From Eledone cirrhosa (Eukaryota), in the NCBI GenBank assembly GCA_964016885.1, contig OZ024748.1:6758001-6822000 (forward strand): a DNA stretch of 64,000 nucleotides, written 5' to 3'. The notes under the pieces are model-generated. The model had not been told where the DNA came from and did not search any database. It worked only from the letters and a program-made list of their open reading frames with translations. Below are positions 1-16,537 of this stretch, piece after piece. The number at the start of each line of letters is the position of its first letter. The first letter of the stretch is position 1. A program made the translations under genes and the position numbers.

Positions 1-190
<190 letters not shown>

Positions 191-214
191 TATATACATA
201 CACATATATATATA

Positions 215-480
215 TAATATTAATTCAAAATATTAACAAAAATAGACATTCGTCTGATCAAGTATATTTTATTATACATATTTCAGAGGTACTGAATCTT
301 AGCTTCAGTACCTTAGCTCAGTACCTCTGAAATAAGTATCATAAAATATACTTGATCACACGAATTGTTAATATTTTGAATTAATATTAATAACTCCGGA
401 AAACCATAACTGTTGAGTGCTTCCAATCCATTGTAAAACTTATTCTTTGATTTATTCATTGAACCTTGTTTACCTTTAAA
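215..480 (+). mobile_element. Fold-back element in a (TA)n tract carrying a hammerhead 3' half
   Basis: Inverted arms about 215-295 and 319-389. Both strands read agtacctct-GAAA-TA(T/A)GTAT(A/C)-ATAAAAT, the same stem III/stem I signature as the 1300-1379 hammerhead. Confidence 0.65.
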
Positions 481-756
481 TATATATATATATATATATA
501 TATGTACATATATATATATTTTCCATTATAAATATTTTGTTTTACCAACATCTGAGCTCATTTCGTTTCGAGTGAAAGGTAAGGACTCACCCGTCGGGTA
601 GAAACTAGTTATAATGACCACACTCAGCATTCTTAAATATGTTATACTAATCTGAACGATACACTGGTTAGTCGAGATACTTAACTGTCCATCTAAGTAA
701 ACACAAAAACACACACTCACATATGCTTCATATATATGTATATATATATATAAATA

Positions 757-814
<58 letters not shown>

Positions 815-942
815 GTGTGTGTATATATAATGTATATATAATGTATATATATGTGTATATATATATGTATATATATATATGTATATATATATATGTATAT
901 ATATATATGTATATATGTATATATGTATATATGTATATATAT

Positions 943-1125
943 AGTAATAATAATAAATTTGAAGACTAAAATCCAAAGAGGGCTCGATAAGGATAAATAT
1001 ATATCAAATATATAAGGACCGTAGAGCAAATATTTATTAAAATAATAGAAGTGTTTCAGAAGATCCCGTTAAGGGTGAAAGCAGCGATTCTTTGCTTAAA
1101 CTTTAATCTGTTATTTTAATAAATA
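943..1125 (+). mobile_element. Family E element; reverse-oriented copy at about 10013-10142
   Basis: Both copies share agtaataataataaatttgaagactaaaatccaaaga and aagggtgaaagcagcgattctttgctta. Both lie in (TA)n. Confidence 0.7.
1053..1101 (+). ncRNA. Hammerhead-like motif with a variant CAGAAGA core (family E; second copy on the minus strand at about 10033-10085)
   Basis: GTTT-CAGAAGA-tCCCgttaaGGGt-GAA-AGCA-gcgattctt-TGCT-T-AAAC. The same variant core occurs in both copies. Confidence 0.45.
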
Positions 1126-1140
1126 AATATATATATATAT

Positions 1141-1400
1141 GTAGAGGTTATATTTAATTTGTTGGGATTCAACAAGCTAAATATTTTTATAACTGATATA
1201 AAGCACTCAACAAATTATTGGAGTAAATATCCTGGAGATTCCAACCAGAATGGTTGCGTTTTTTTTAAGGGTATGTCAATATTTATTTATAAAACTAACC
1301 TATATTATATTTTATCTGATGAAAGCGCACCATAGTATGCTCTGGTGGCCTTGAAATATGTATAATGAAATAAATATAGTTTCCATTTGTTAATATATTG
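1141..1400 (+). mobile_element. Family A element; internally deleted second copy at about 56823-56995
   Basis: Both copies share ttgttgggat.caacaagc..aatatttt.ataactgatataaagcactcaacaaattattggagtaaa and ttgaaatatgtataatgaaataaatat. Both lie in (TA)n. Confidence 0.7.
1300..1379 (+). ncRNA. Type I hammerhead ribozyme motif (family A)
   Basis: Stem I tattttat/atgaaata, extended by ctatatt/aatatag. Core CTGATGA 1316-1322. Stem II aag..cacca/tggtg..ctt. GAAA 1353-1356. Stem III ATA-tg-TAT. Predicted cleavage after AUA at 1364. Confidence 0.8.
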
Positions 1401-1444
<44 letters not shown>

Positions 1445-1477
1445 CGTGTGGTGTGTATATATATATATATATATGTA

Positions 1478-2100
1478 TAGTGGCATCAAAGAACACCACA
1501 GAGATTGGAGGAATTTTTGACAACAACGTGAGCTCGCGTATTCATAGAAATATTAAAGTTGACTTGACCCACAGGATGTATTCTTGGATTCTCAGAATTT
1601 CCGGTGTTGACAATTTTATATCTTCCATCTCTACATTCTTCCAGTCTCCCTTTGCTCTATAATCTCCTCCCACGGGGAATGGTATTGTGAAAATTGAAGC
1701 AACCCATAGTTTAATTGTAAGTGGGATGGATGGTTTGAAAGTTTTTTTAATTTGGGGTCGACAGGAGAGGCTGACAACTACAGTCTGGGGCGCCACCGTA
1801 GGGGTTATATCTGTATAGCGTGGAAAATATTCCATCAACATTAACCAAATGGCCCAAGCACTTGAGCCCCATGCTTTCCATCCAGTACAAAATCAAATTC
1901 GCATCTCATAGTAACAACATTTCACAACTACTTCACCTCAACTAGTACAGTTCTCTTTAATATCATACCGAAATTCATGAAGCAGGAATCAGATTTATAC
2001 CCGTCTTGGTTAAAATCCTCCAAGAATTCCTGGATAAAATTCCACAGCCAGATATGTCTCGGGAAGGAAGAATTAAAGAGGGCTATGGTGTTCAAAGCAT
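1478..2100 (+). pseudogene. Decayed CR1/Jockey-group LINE ORF2 C-terminal region
   Basis: Frame-shifted motifs GGIFDNN..S.IH....V....RMYSWILR, GIVKIEA, HNYFTS....LFNIIP and LQEFLDKIP.P occur in the expected order for the post-RT region of this LINE group. Confidence 0.6.
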
Positions 2101-2407
2101 GACTGTGTTGTAAACCCATAATCTTCAGCAGGTGGTTCTATTAAGGTAGACATGTCCTGGACCAACTCAGGCACTAAACGTAAGAAAGTTATATATTCTG
2201 GGAGAGTTGGAAAGCAAGTCTTCAGAGAGGCAACCCCCTGGTAGCAATGTTTTCGTCCCTTAAATACATAGATATATCTGTACATTGCTATTTATTATTT
2301 AAAGACACACACACAATCACACGAAGGCATACGTTACTCTTTGTGACAAGGGAGTCACAAAAATATAATATATTTATATACAATGTACATATATATAATA
2401 TGTATTG

Positions 2408-2442
<35 letters not shown>

Positions 2443-2594
2443 TACATATATCTACATTATATCTACATGTGTGTGTGTGTGTGTACACATAAATTCATAT
2501 ACATATATACATACAATATATATATACATTATACATATATTATATATATATATATATATATGTGTGCGTTTATATATATATATGTGCACATAAA

Positions 2595-2643
<49 letters not shown>

Positions 2644-3119
2644 TGAAGGCTTCTTTGTTTTATTTTCATAATTCTTCGGCTCGGTTTAATTACATTGAGC
2701 TATACCTTTTACTGTCATTTCTATAATACGAAGAGGGTGTTTAACTCCAACACGCTCCAGTATTTTAATCCTTATATATACATATATACATGTTTATATA
2801 TGCATAGATTATATGTGTTGAAACCATCGGTCATTAATGACTAAGAATATTACAGAAACCCGGTGATGGTTTGTTTGTGGAAGTCCAGAAGGCGCCCATG
2901 CTTACCATTGGCCCCACTTCATGTTACTAATGTTATCCAGGCAATGGTAAATAGATGTTGGCACAAGTGATGTCCCAACTCAAGTCTACAGTTAGCTGGA
3001 GCGACGTGAAATACAGTGTTTGCTCAAGGAGACAACGCATCGTCCTGTTCGAGATTGTAACTCCCAACCTCGTAATTACAAGGGCAACACTCTAACAACT
3101 AAATGAAGGGTCTACACAC

Positions 3120-6000
<2,881 letters not shown>

Positions 6001-6120
6001 TATATATAAATTTGAGTGAAAGTAACTGGTGCGTGTCTTTCTTATTGGCAACATGACCCTTCCAAAGTATAACAATATATATATATATATATATATACGT
6101 ATATATATATATATTATTAT

Positions 6121-6308
6121 TAGGAACCAGTAAGACCCCGACAGCTGAGCTCAAGCCGTTTCGACGGCTAATTTAGAATTAGCCGTCGAAACGGCTTGAG
6201 CTCAGCTGTCGGGGTCTTACTGGTTCCTATTACCCACTCTACTACCTCAAGTATTGAGTACTTTGGTGCGTTATGGTCCACATGGTTCCTTACCACATTT
6301 CCTTCGTT
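6121..6308 (+). mobile_element. Fold-back Penelope-like short element (family F), copy 1
   Basis: Perfect 53-bp inverted arms 6121-6173 and 6177-6229 with a 3-nt loop. Contains GAA-ACGGCT-tgagctc-AGCTGT-C (hammerhead stem III plus GUC). Flanked by (TA)n. Confidence 0.75.
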
Positions 6309-6320
6309 ATATATTATTAT

Positions 6321-6351
<31 letters not shown>

Positions 6352-6379
6352 ATATATACGTATACGTATATATATATAC

Positions 6380-6421
<42 letters not shown>

Positions 6422-6447
6422 GTATATATATACGTATATATATATAC

Positions 6448-6495
<48 letters not shown>

Positions 6496-6608
6496 AGAAA
6501 AATTTGATATATATTGATATATATATATGACTGATTGATATATATTGATATATATATACGACTAATTGTTATGTATGACTGGTTGTTATATAGTTGGAAA
6601 AACAGAAG

Positions 6609-6709
<101 letters not shown>

Positions 6710-6978
6710 GCATTTAGCCGTTGTGTTGAAAAATATATGCTTGGGATTATAACGTGGAAAACTTGAACGCTGGGCGTTTATAAATCTAGTGTGAGAATGA
6801 GAGCAAAACACCGCTCACGAACCACAATAGTTGTTATTTTTAACTTAGGGTTAACGGTATTTCGTTATTTTCAGACTGATCCCCGTTGATGTGCTGTTAC
6901 ACATACCTACATGCGTAGGCACATACATAATTATATATGTAAATAAATGTATACATATAAATGTAAATATATATATTT

Positions 6979-7146
6979 ATGGTGTGTGTGTGTGTTTGAG
7001 TGTATATATGATGTATATTAGATTAGGGGACCATTCTCAGGGAATCGTGTAACATAAAAGCTTATGTATATAGATATATGAGCATATATATATTCATATA
7101 TATATATATTTTTGGTATACAATTTTAGTACTCAACGCATTTTCAT

Positions 7147-7181
<35 letters not shown>

Positions 7182-7552
7182 GATTCTACAGGACTAGAAC
7201 TGTTTCATTCTTTAGAAATCATGATGATTTCTAAAGAATGAAACAGTTGTGGTCCTGTAGAATCTCATCTATATTAAAACCTTTATACTCTGCAATGTAT
7301 TGAGTACCTTACTTACTGTGGTTACCTCCGATTCAACCCGGAATAACGTACCTTTTATATATATATATATTTATATATATAAAAAGATGAAAATGCGTTG
7401 AGTGCTAAAAGTGTATACCGAAAATATATATATATATGAATATATATATGCTTATATATCTATATACATAAGCTTTTATGTTACACGAACTCTTGGGAAT
7501 GGTCCCCTAATCTAATATACATCATATATACACTCAAACATACATACACCAT
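6979..7552. repeat. ~170-bp inverted repeat (6979-7150 and 7381-7552) enclosing a family B element
   Basis: gtgtatatatgatgtatattagattaggggaccatt...ctcaacgcattttcatctttt and its reverse complement. Confidence 0.85.
7178..7352 (+). mobile_element. Family B fold-back element
   Basis: Inverted arms about 7179-7220 and 7225-7267 meet in the TGATGA core. The 3' body (gtattgagtacctta...gattcaacccggaataacgt) is shared with 26647-26710 and 56460-56505. Confidence 0.75.
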
Positions 7553-7836
7553 ATATGTCGTCAATGACGACACGATTAAAAGTAATCTGTTCCCCATCTA
7601 TACGAAAAATAAAGGTACATTTTATATACACAACCTCAACGATTTCAACTACTAAATTTTCCCTATCATTTCATGTGCTTCCCATCCTCCCAGCATCCCA
7701 ACATGATGGGCCAGCAGTAAACACATTAAAATATATGAAATCTCTCATATTCGAATCTATGTTTATTCTTTCTTACTATCCTCCTTAATGTCTTCCTCAC
7801 GCCTTCTTATTCTTTTATTCCACGACGACTTCGTTA

Positions 7837-7936
<100 letters not shown>

Positions 7937-10159
7937 TATATACTATTTTACCTCCTTCTTTTCGGAGAATTTGCTCATACTGACATACTGGGGCATCTCC
8001 TGCTATGCTAATGAAGTATATGTTATATCCAGTTAATATTGTCAGCATTTGTTGTTTTATTTGAATGTTGTGACTTCATATTAAAATATTTCTTACATTT
8101 TTAGATACTGAAAAAAACACTCCGTGGAAATAGAAGCGAAGAAAAGAGAGAACTAGCTACATAGTGACTACAATGTGTAGAAATAACAGCCAAATCTCCC
8201 TCAAATCACTCAATATTTTAGTTATATATACATGGAAGATAAAATGGACTGTGTGTGAAATCCTCTGATATACAAATTAAACGAGATGATCAAAATTGAA
8301 TAAAAATTGTTTGAATATATGTCTGCCATAAACAACAAGACAATTTTATTTAATAATTAAACTAAATTTCGATTAACAAATACGTTTGTTTTCGTTTGTC
8401 TTGGTTTGCTATTCCATCACAGACATTAAAATTGATTATTAGACATTATCAGTAATAATTATATTTATTGAGTAAAATTATCAATATTTATTATCAATGT
8501 TATATAAAATTAATTCCCTACACCCTGTGATGAATCATACAAAAATATAATATAGCACAGTTAAAGAATATCCCAATATGTTACTGGTACCTAATTACTT
8601 AATCAGCTTCAACAAATGCCTGGCCTGCGAAGGAGCCTCCAGATAGTGCTCGACCAACAAGAAATATCAGTTGAATCTCCCCCAAATCAAGCCCTACATA
8701 TACAAATAAATATAGCATTCATCTAGATAGTGCTTTGTATTATTTCTTTCACCATCCATCTTGGTTATACTCCGTCAAAACACACGTATGATAAGAAAAC
8801 AATTGTGTTAATTTCATAACATAACGAGCCATTATTAACATCGTTAATATCAATAATAAGTAAAATTACTGAGCAAGAACTGGACGAATAACGATGAGGT
8901 CCCCTCCCCCAACACAATGCCTATTTCCCACCCCCAACATAAGGAAAAATGCAGTTTTGTATAGAGAAAGATATATTTACTTCTTAATACTAATAACCTT
9001 ATATCAATTTTACATTAGTAATCGTATATATATAAGCGTATATATACAACTATAATACGACTCATACCCAATATTATATATATATATAATCACAATATTT
9101 TTACATAATTTTAAGAGTCTATTGTTAAATTAACTATGGTAACATTTATATATATACAATACAATATATTACATCATGTTAGCAGCCTTATATTTATATT
9201 AGTTTAATAGTCTGTATACTAGATCTTGTTTAATATTACGTAACACTAACAGCATTATATTAATGTAATACTACTAACCCTATATAAACCATAATTTATT
9301 ACATAACATTAACTACCTTATAATAAGGTGACATTAGTAGTCGTGTATTGAACACAGTTTATTTCATAGCATAATCAGCCCTATATTAACTTAATATTAA
9401 CATCCATACACTCAACAATAATGGAAGTGAATTTAGCCAAAAATGAGTGTAAATAAAGATAAGGTATATTTTGACTGAAAAACAAGTTTACCCCATTGGA
9501 ATCCCCTAATTATCTCACCTGGAACATTGGAATTTGATCCCCGGTGGGAAATTACCATTACCCCAGATTAAGAATGACTGTATTTGATAATATAGTCCTA
9601 CATACCTCTAAACATGATGGGAATGGTCACGGTTGGAAAATCTTTGATCATAATACTTTTGTTGAATGAAAGATGAGCTGGAGCTAAAAAAAACGTCTTT
9701 GGGTCATGTTTAGATCACTCCAGCTTGATTCGAACCCGGAATACAGGAGAACGAAATTCTATAGAGCCAAGCATTATTGACAACAACCTGCCATTTCTGA
9801 CACTACTAATCGAATAATGATGAGTTCGACAGAGGCACAAGGACATGCAATTTAGTGAGAGTGGTGGTGGAGGGGTAGAATTATTGATTATATCGATCGA
9901 TCTCGAATATCTGACTAGAAACTTACATAATTTATTGTGAGAAGAAAAACGAAATGTAAAGTTCAACCCCGCCAGTTTCGAAATACACCCACTATATATA
10001 TATATATATATATTTATCAAAATAACAGATTAAATTTTAAGCAAAGAATCGCTGCTTTCACCCTTAACAGGATCTTCTGAAACTTATCGAGTCCTTATCG
10101 AGCCATCTTTGGATTTTAGTCTTCAAATTTATTATTATTACTATATATATATATATATG

Positions 10160-10266
<107 letters not shown>

Positions 10267-10352
10267 TGATGAAATTTTTGTAAGGTTTTTGATATGAAAT
10301 CAGGTGGTGAAACAAATATTGTTATATTTGGGGGCGGTCCCCAAATATAACA

Positions 10353-10447
<95 letters not shown>

Positions 10448-10951
10448 TAACGACAGAGGAACTTAAAAAGAAGCAAACCAAAAACCGTAAACGTGTGTCA
10501 AGCTAATAATTGTTTCTACTTTTGGCACAAGGCCAGCAATTAACCAGTACATTACTGGTACTTTATTTTATCGACCCCGTATGTGTCAATCTAATAATTA
10601 TACCAATCCAGAGCAACATAAATAATAATGGTTTCTAACGTAGGTGACATAAATTTGATAGAGTACATAAGGGATTATATCGACTTCAGTAGTTTAGTGT
10701 ATTTTACTATATCAACCTCGACGCTAGAACATTGAAAGACTATGTTAACCTCGGTGTGATTTGAACTCAGAAATGTAAATAACTGGAACAAACTCTACCA
10801 AGTAATGTTTTAGCAAAGCTCTCATAACTCATACAATCGTTACTATTAGAATTAAATATACTAATAATTATTATAACAGTATTATAATTATGTAATTATA
10901 TATCAATATATTTAGTTACGATACAGATGTGACATGAAAATAATTCATATA

Positions 10952-11053
<102 letters not shown>

Positions 11054-11401
11054 ACGATATCTTCAACTTCTTTTCCTTCATTATGCACTGGGATAATTGC
11101 TGGCCTGGTGCCAGAAGTAGAAACAATTATTCGGATAAATATATATATATGCTCACACAAATACACATACACGCCCCACGCATGTATATATGTATATACG
11201 TCTGTATTGACAAGCATGTGTGTGTGATTGTGTTTACTACATATATATATATGGTGGAGGTACTCGTTCAAAGTTTAGTGTCAACATCTTTTGAAACCAA
11301 TTATTTATTAAAATATATAAAATATATACAAAAATACATGAAAGATAAATAAAATTATGACACTTTGTTATATATGTACCTCTGCATCATCACTGCTTCA
11401 T

Positions 11402-11495
<94 letters not shown>

Positions 11496-11824
11496 TGTTT
11501 GTATGTATGTATGTACGTTTATATGCATGCATGCTTGTATATGTATGTAATGCATGTAATTATATGTGTGCATGCATATATATATATATATATATACACA
11601 TATATGTGTGTACATATATCCTAATGTGTATGTTTTGTTTACATCATACATACTTTTTTTAATTATTTTTTTTTTTTTCATTTCATCTTTTCATTCAATC
11701 ATTCCCTCTAATATAGTCATTATTTAACATTCTTTAATAATTGCTCTTTTTTGAAAAAAAAAAATATTTTATCACTTTTTTTAAATTTAAATTTTTATTT
11801 CATTTAATTTTCTCTGGTTTGTAG

Positions 11825-11861
<37 letters not shown>

Positions 11862-11873
11862 TAATCAACTTAC

Positions 11874-12270
11874 CTACAATAGACATCCAGGGGTAGAAGG
11901 ATGTCGTTTCACCTTCAGCCGGTTGCACGGGTGGATTGGAGCAGGGGTTTAAACTATCTGCGCCGTTAGTTGAACAGTGTGCTCGCATATCGGTACAGTT
12001 TCGAACCCCTGTTACAGAATTGTCCGGGTAGAAAGTCGGTCGGTTTGTTTGTAATCCGGGTCGCAATTCGTGATTTCGATGCTGCAGCGCTTCCATGCGA
12101 CAGGCATCGCTTTGATAGGAACCCATATAGTAACGAGGAGATCTGTGATAGTTACTTGTCGGACATATGTCTGGTATATTTAAGAAATGGTCCATATAGG
12201 CAGTATTTTCGGAGCTGTGAATTTCTTCACCTCGTGTAGCTCCGTGTCTTAACGGTAAGTAAGAGCTCAT
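11874..12270 (-). CDS. Lox2: Coding exon 1 of a central-class (Ubx/abd-A-related) Hox gene, most likely Lox2 (Lox4 not excluded); homeobox exon not found in the window
   Basis: ATG at 12270 opens the Hox N-terminal motif MSSY. 132 codons end in the hexapeptide FYPWMSIV-G, followed at once by G|GTAAGT (+ strand acttac 11868-11873), a phase-1 donor. From memory, YPWMSIVG(PNSNQRRRG) is the lophotrochozoan Lox2 linker. Hox identity is strong; the paralogue call is weaker. Confidence 0.85.
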
Positions 12271-12503
12271 AACGATACTCCTCTCCGATGTTGGTAGTAG
12301 CAATGGTGTTTTTTACACTTCTTCTTCTTCTTCTTCTTTGCAACGATGACGACGGCGACGACGACGACAACGACGAAGATCTTACGAAAGTTTGAAAGCA
12401 TCTGTGGGAGGAAACCACACAACACACACAACAACAACGACCACGGTAACTCACAACACACACAACTCACAACACGCATACATAACTAACACTAAACAAT
12501 CTC

Positions 12504-12551
<48 letters not shown>

Positions 12552-13039
12552 ATATATATATATATATATGATATATATATATATATGATATATATATATA
12601 TGTATATATATATGTATATATATATATAATCGGGTGTTTCGTTGTGTGGTGTACGTGGTTACTTTTTTTTTAGTATGTAATTTTTATGTACTGGGAAGTA
12701 AAATATTTTGTTTGTTTTTGTAAACGGGTGGGGGTGGGGGTATTTTCTATGTGTTTTTTTTTTCTTTTATGTAATATTATTCATATTTATAAATATACAT
12801 GTTTATATTTATTTATGTATGTACATGGATATGTATGTATGCATGTATGCATGTATGTGTGTGTGTGTGCCTGTGTCTGTGTGTCTGTGTGTTTGTGTGC
12901 CGGCTGTGTTCGGTTGAGGTTTTTCAGTAAGAAAGATGGAGGGAAACAGAGAGATAGAGAAAGAGAGAGAGAAAAAGTGAAAGGATAGAAAATGAACGAT
13001 AGAAGTAAAAGAAGATAAAGAAGAAAAGAGCGGGAGAGA

Positions 13040-13225
13040 GAGTGGATGAATGAAGAAACTAAATCATTGTTTTATAAAAAGCTTATAAAAAGCAGCTTTA
13101 AAAGCCAGCCGTACAAAATCGCACCAAACGTGCCTCTTTTTACAAAAGCTTGCGAGTTGTTGATAAGGCCACACATTTTTCTTCAGTCGACCAATCAGAG
13201 TCTTTGTTTATTGACCTCGCCTAAC
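13040..13225 (-). promoter_or_regulatory. Candidate core/proximal promoter of the Hox gene
   Basis: Non-repetitive island between microsatellites. Minus-strand TATAAAA (13076-13070) lies 25-29 nt upstream of Inr-like TCATTC/TCATCC (13053-13044). CCAATCAG at 13191-13198 and TTTATTG at 13207-13213. Confidence 0.5.
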
Positions 13226-13611
13226 CTCTTGCCTACGTAAGATGACAACGACGTTTGAATGCTTCCGCAATGAAAAGGAGTCCGTCACAGCACTGACACC
13301 ACCTAACTAACATTCTAAAATGTTATGGTAGTGATGTTGGTGTTTGTGTTAAGGCTGGTAGTGGTGGTGGTGGTGGTAGCACTGGTGCTGTTACTGGTGG
13401 TATTATGGCATTACGGCGTTATATTTACTTCCACTGTCCTTCGCTTCTCCTCAACTTCTCTCTCACATTCTCTCTCTCACTCTCTCTCTCGTGGTCTCTC
13501 TCTCTCTCATTCTTTTCTTTCTCCCCCAGCCTTCACATGAGTACACACACACACAAACAAACACACTGTATTATCTCTATATATATGCCTATTATGTAAA
13601 TAAGAACATAA

Positions 13612-13642
<31 letters not shown>

Positions 13643-13757
13643 AAGAGAGAGAGATACATATCATAGATACGACCAATAACACAAACACACACACATAATA
13701 TATATTTATTTATAATATATACATATATATATATATATGGGCGTATCTATGTATGTA

Positions 13758-13826
<69 letters not shown>

Positions 13827-14229
13827 GTCTCAGCATATGTATGCATATATGCATGAATGTGTGTCTGTGTAATTTACTGTGCAAGTCACTTTTCATTCAC
13901 AATTTTGTTATTCTATTTTTATATCCAGTGACAGTAAATTTTGCTGATGTGATTTCATAACAGCGAAACCTGTCTCTTCTCTCTGTTGTTTTTCCCGCGT
14001 TGACATCAGTGCGTTATTGTTTTGGAAATATAAGAATGCAGCACCGTCCTCTAAACCAATCTAGTGTAAATATTTATAAATACTTAAATACATTCGATAT
14101 AGTTGCTATTTTTAAGTTCTAATATTTCGTCAAATAATAATATAATTACAATTGCGGTGACATTCATAAAACATGAGGAGAGAGTCTTCTAGAGAGAGCG
14201 GAGGTCGAATGCTATTTTTTCCAGCCATC

Positions 14230-14828
14230 TAGTTCCAGGTCTTGAATAATGGTCCCCCCACCTCCACTAATTTTTCAGATTTTTTCTAACCCACACCCCG
14301 CTATTATTCCATCCTTATTAAATTTTGTTATTCTATCTCCGGCGAAATTTTATTGTAAGTGATTCATATCGATACAGCAGCTGGAGAATCTAGTAATTTT
14401 AGTTTATATTAAAAAAAATTATATATGACAAGAAAGGAACATTACATTACCGAACCCACACTATACAATTACCGATTCCATCCGCCTCAGCTTATAAGAA
14501 TTTAAGGAAATGTCTAACCTCCCACCTGTTTATCCCCTTCCTCAAGAGCCTTATTTCTGGGGGGTCCCAGGGGACAAGTCCCCCCCCCCTACTTTTTCAA
14601 ACATCTATATTTTATTTTTTGTTTATTTGATATAATAAATTCCTTTTAAGCTTATTTTTTTTATACCTGAACTTCAATTGAATATATAAAATTTAATTAG
14701 TGTAAAATTTTCCTGGGAAAGCACCATAATCAATTTATGTTCCTTTAAGAATCAACAAATGTTGGTTTGTCCCCCACCACATTTTTAGGGTAAACGATGC
14801 CCCTCCTATTATTCGGGACCCGACAGTA
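14230..14828. mobile_element. Possible old MITE relic
   Basis: ggtcttgaataatgg near 14238 resembles the reverse complement of cctattattcgggacccgacagta ending at 14828. Confidence 0.3.
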
Positions 14829-14844
14829 TGTTACTAAAGACTTG

Positions 14845-14985
14845 TTTTTAGTGAGGACTTCACCAGTCAATTCCATGTTACTATCCGCCCAGTTTTACTT
14901 CTAACATCTTCCGCGCCTTCTTTTTCCTTCAACAGTTCCTTGGTCAATCCCCAAGAACTCGTCACGTGACGGAGCCATCTGATTT
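14845..14985 (-). pseudogene. Short RTE LINE C-terminal relic
   Basis: Minus-strand translation QGTVEGKRRRGR...WAD resembles the RTE/BovB motif GxVEGxRRRGR..W. Confidence 0.5.
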
Positions 14986-15483
14986 TTTTAATCTTTAGTA
15001 TGTTTTCTTAGGCTCACAAAGGAAGGTCTAAAGTAAAAAATAAATTTAAACTATCGATATATATTATAATCAATATATATTATAATCGATATATTTATTT
15101 ATTTTAGGAAAAAAGTTTTATTAATAAAAATCAAAAAATGTCATAAACAAATCTATTTCAAATAACAGCAACATTTTAAATATTAAAAGAATATATTTGT
15201 AATCTATATATATATATAACTGTGTTCAATGTGAAGCGTCTGACAAAGTGTTTATAGCATATAATTCGGTCCCTTTACGACCTGAGTTCAAATCCTACCG
15301 AAGTTAGATTTGCCTTTCATCGTTACTGGGTCTATAAAATAAAGTACCAGTAATGCATTGGTGTCGATTTAATTAACTTTCCCCTACCCCCAAATTACTG
15401 ACCTTGTGTCTGTATTGGTAGAGCGTCTGAGTTACGGTTTTCACGATCTGATTTCAAATCCTGCTGATTATTATTAAAAGAAA

Positions 15484-15770
15484 GGGCGGTGAATTAACAG
15501 CATCGGTACAGCGTCAGACACCATGCTTTACAGCACAGAGTTATGGCCCTTTACCCTCTGGGTTCAAATCCCGCCGAGGTTAACTTTGCTTTTCATCCCT
15601 ACGGGGTCGATAAAATAAAGTACCAGTAATGCACTGGGATAATTGCTGGTCTTGTGCCAAAAGTAGAAACAATTATTAAAATAATGTACCAGTAATGCAC
15701 TGGGGTTAATTTAATCGACTTTTCTCCCCCATAAATTGTTTGTCTGTTGCCTAAATAAAAAACCAATATT
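15484..15770 (+). mobile_element. tRNA-derived SINE family 1 (Meta-domain-like) with duplicated tail; another copy at about 15230-15410
   Basis: A box, B box ggttcaaatccc, central ttttcatccctacggggtcgataaaataaagtaccag, tail aattgctggtcttgtgccaaaagtagaaacaattatt. Confidence 0.85.
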
Positions 15771-15998
15771 ATAATCTCATGTTAAAATATGGAGATATTT
15801 GTCTACCTGAAGATTTCATTATTTTAATTAATTGCCCACCCCCCTCTCTCCATATTGTGTTACCTTTTATTTTAATGAATGGTTTATATGTTAATATGTA
15901 CAATACACAAAATAGATATCAAAATAATTTATAATGTTTATACGCATGCGCTGACATCTTAATTGTTCATAAACTTCATTTATATGTTATAACAGGAA

Positions 15999-16040
<42 letters not shown>

Positions 16041-16070
16041 TACATATATAAATATATATATATATACATG

Positions 16071-16113
<43 letters not shown>

Positions 16114-16125
16114 TATAAATATATA

Positions 16126-16176
<51 letters not shown>

Positions 16177-16408
16177 AAAAACGAGAAACATAGCAACAGT
16201 TAGAATAAATATTACAGTTCAATATATACAAATTAATAGGTGATACTTCTGAAGAAATATTCTACACAGTACAGTAAATCATGCAACATTACAGGTAAAT
16301 GTTTGCTGCATTATTTCCCACAATATAAACTTTAATAAAGACAAAAAAATTAAATAAACTACTGTAATACAATTTTTATTGAATCGATGTAAGATACTAG
16401 AAGAAAGA

Positions 16409-16462
<54 letters not shown>

Positions 16463-16537
16463 TAGAAAAAAAGATGAAATCGAAAATGCAACTGGAGTCT
16501 TATTTAAAAAAAATATATATATATATTTATTTGGTTC

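Noticed and set aside
11800-12303. The 167-aa ORF as given, with an upstream non-ATG start and poly-K tail
   Set aside because: The likely start is the ATG of MSSY at 12270. The poly-K tail is read-through into intronic poly-A beyond the GTAAGT donor.
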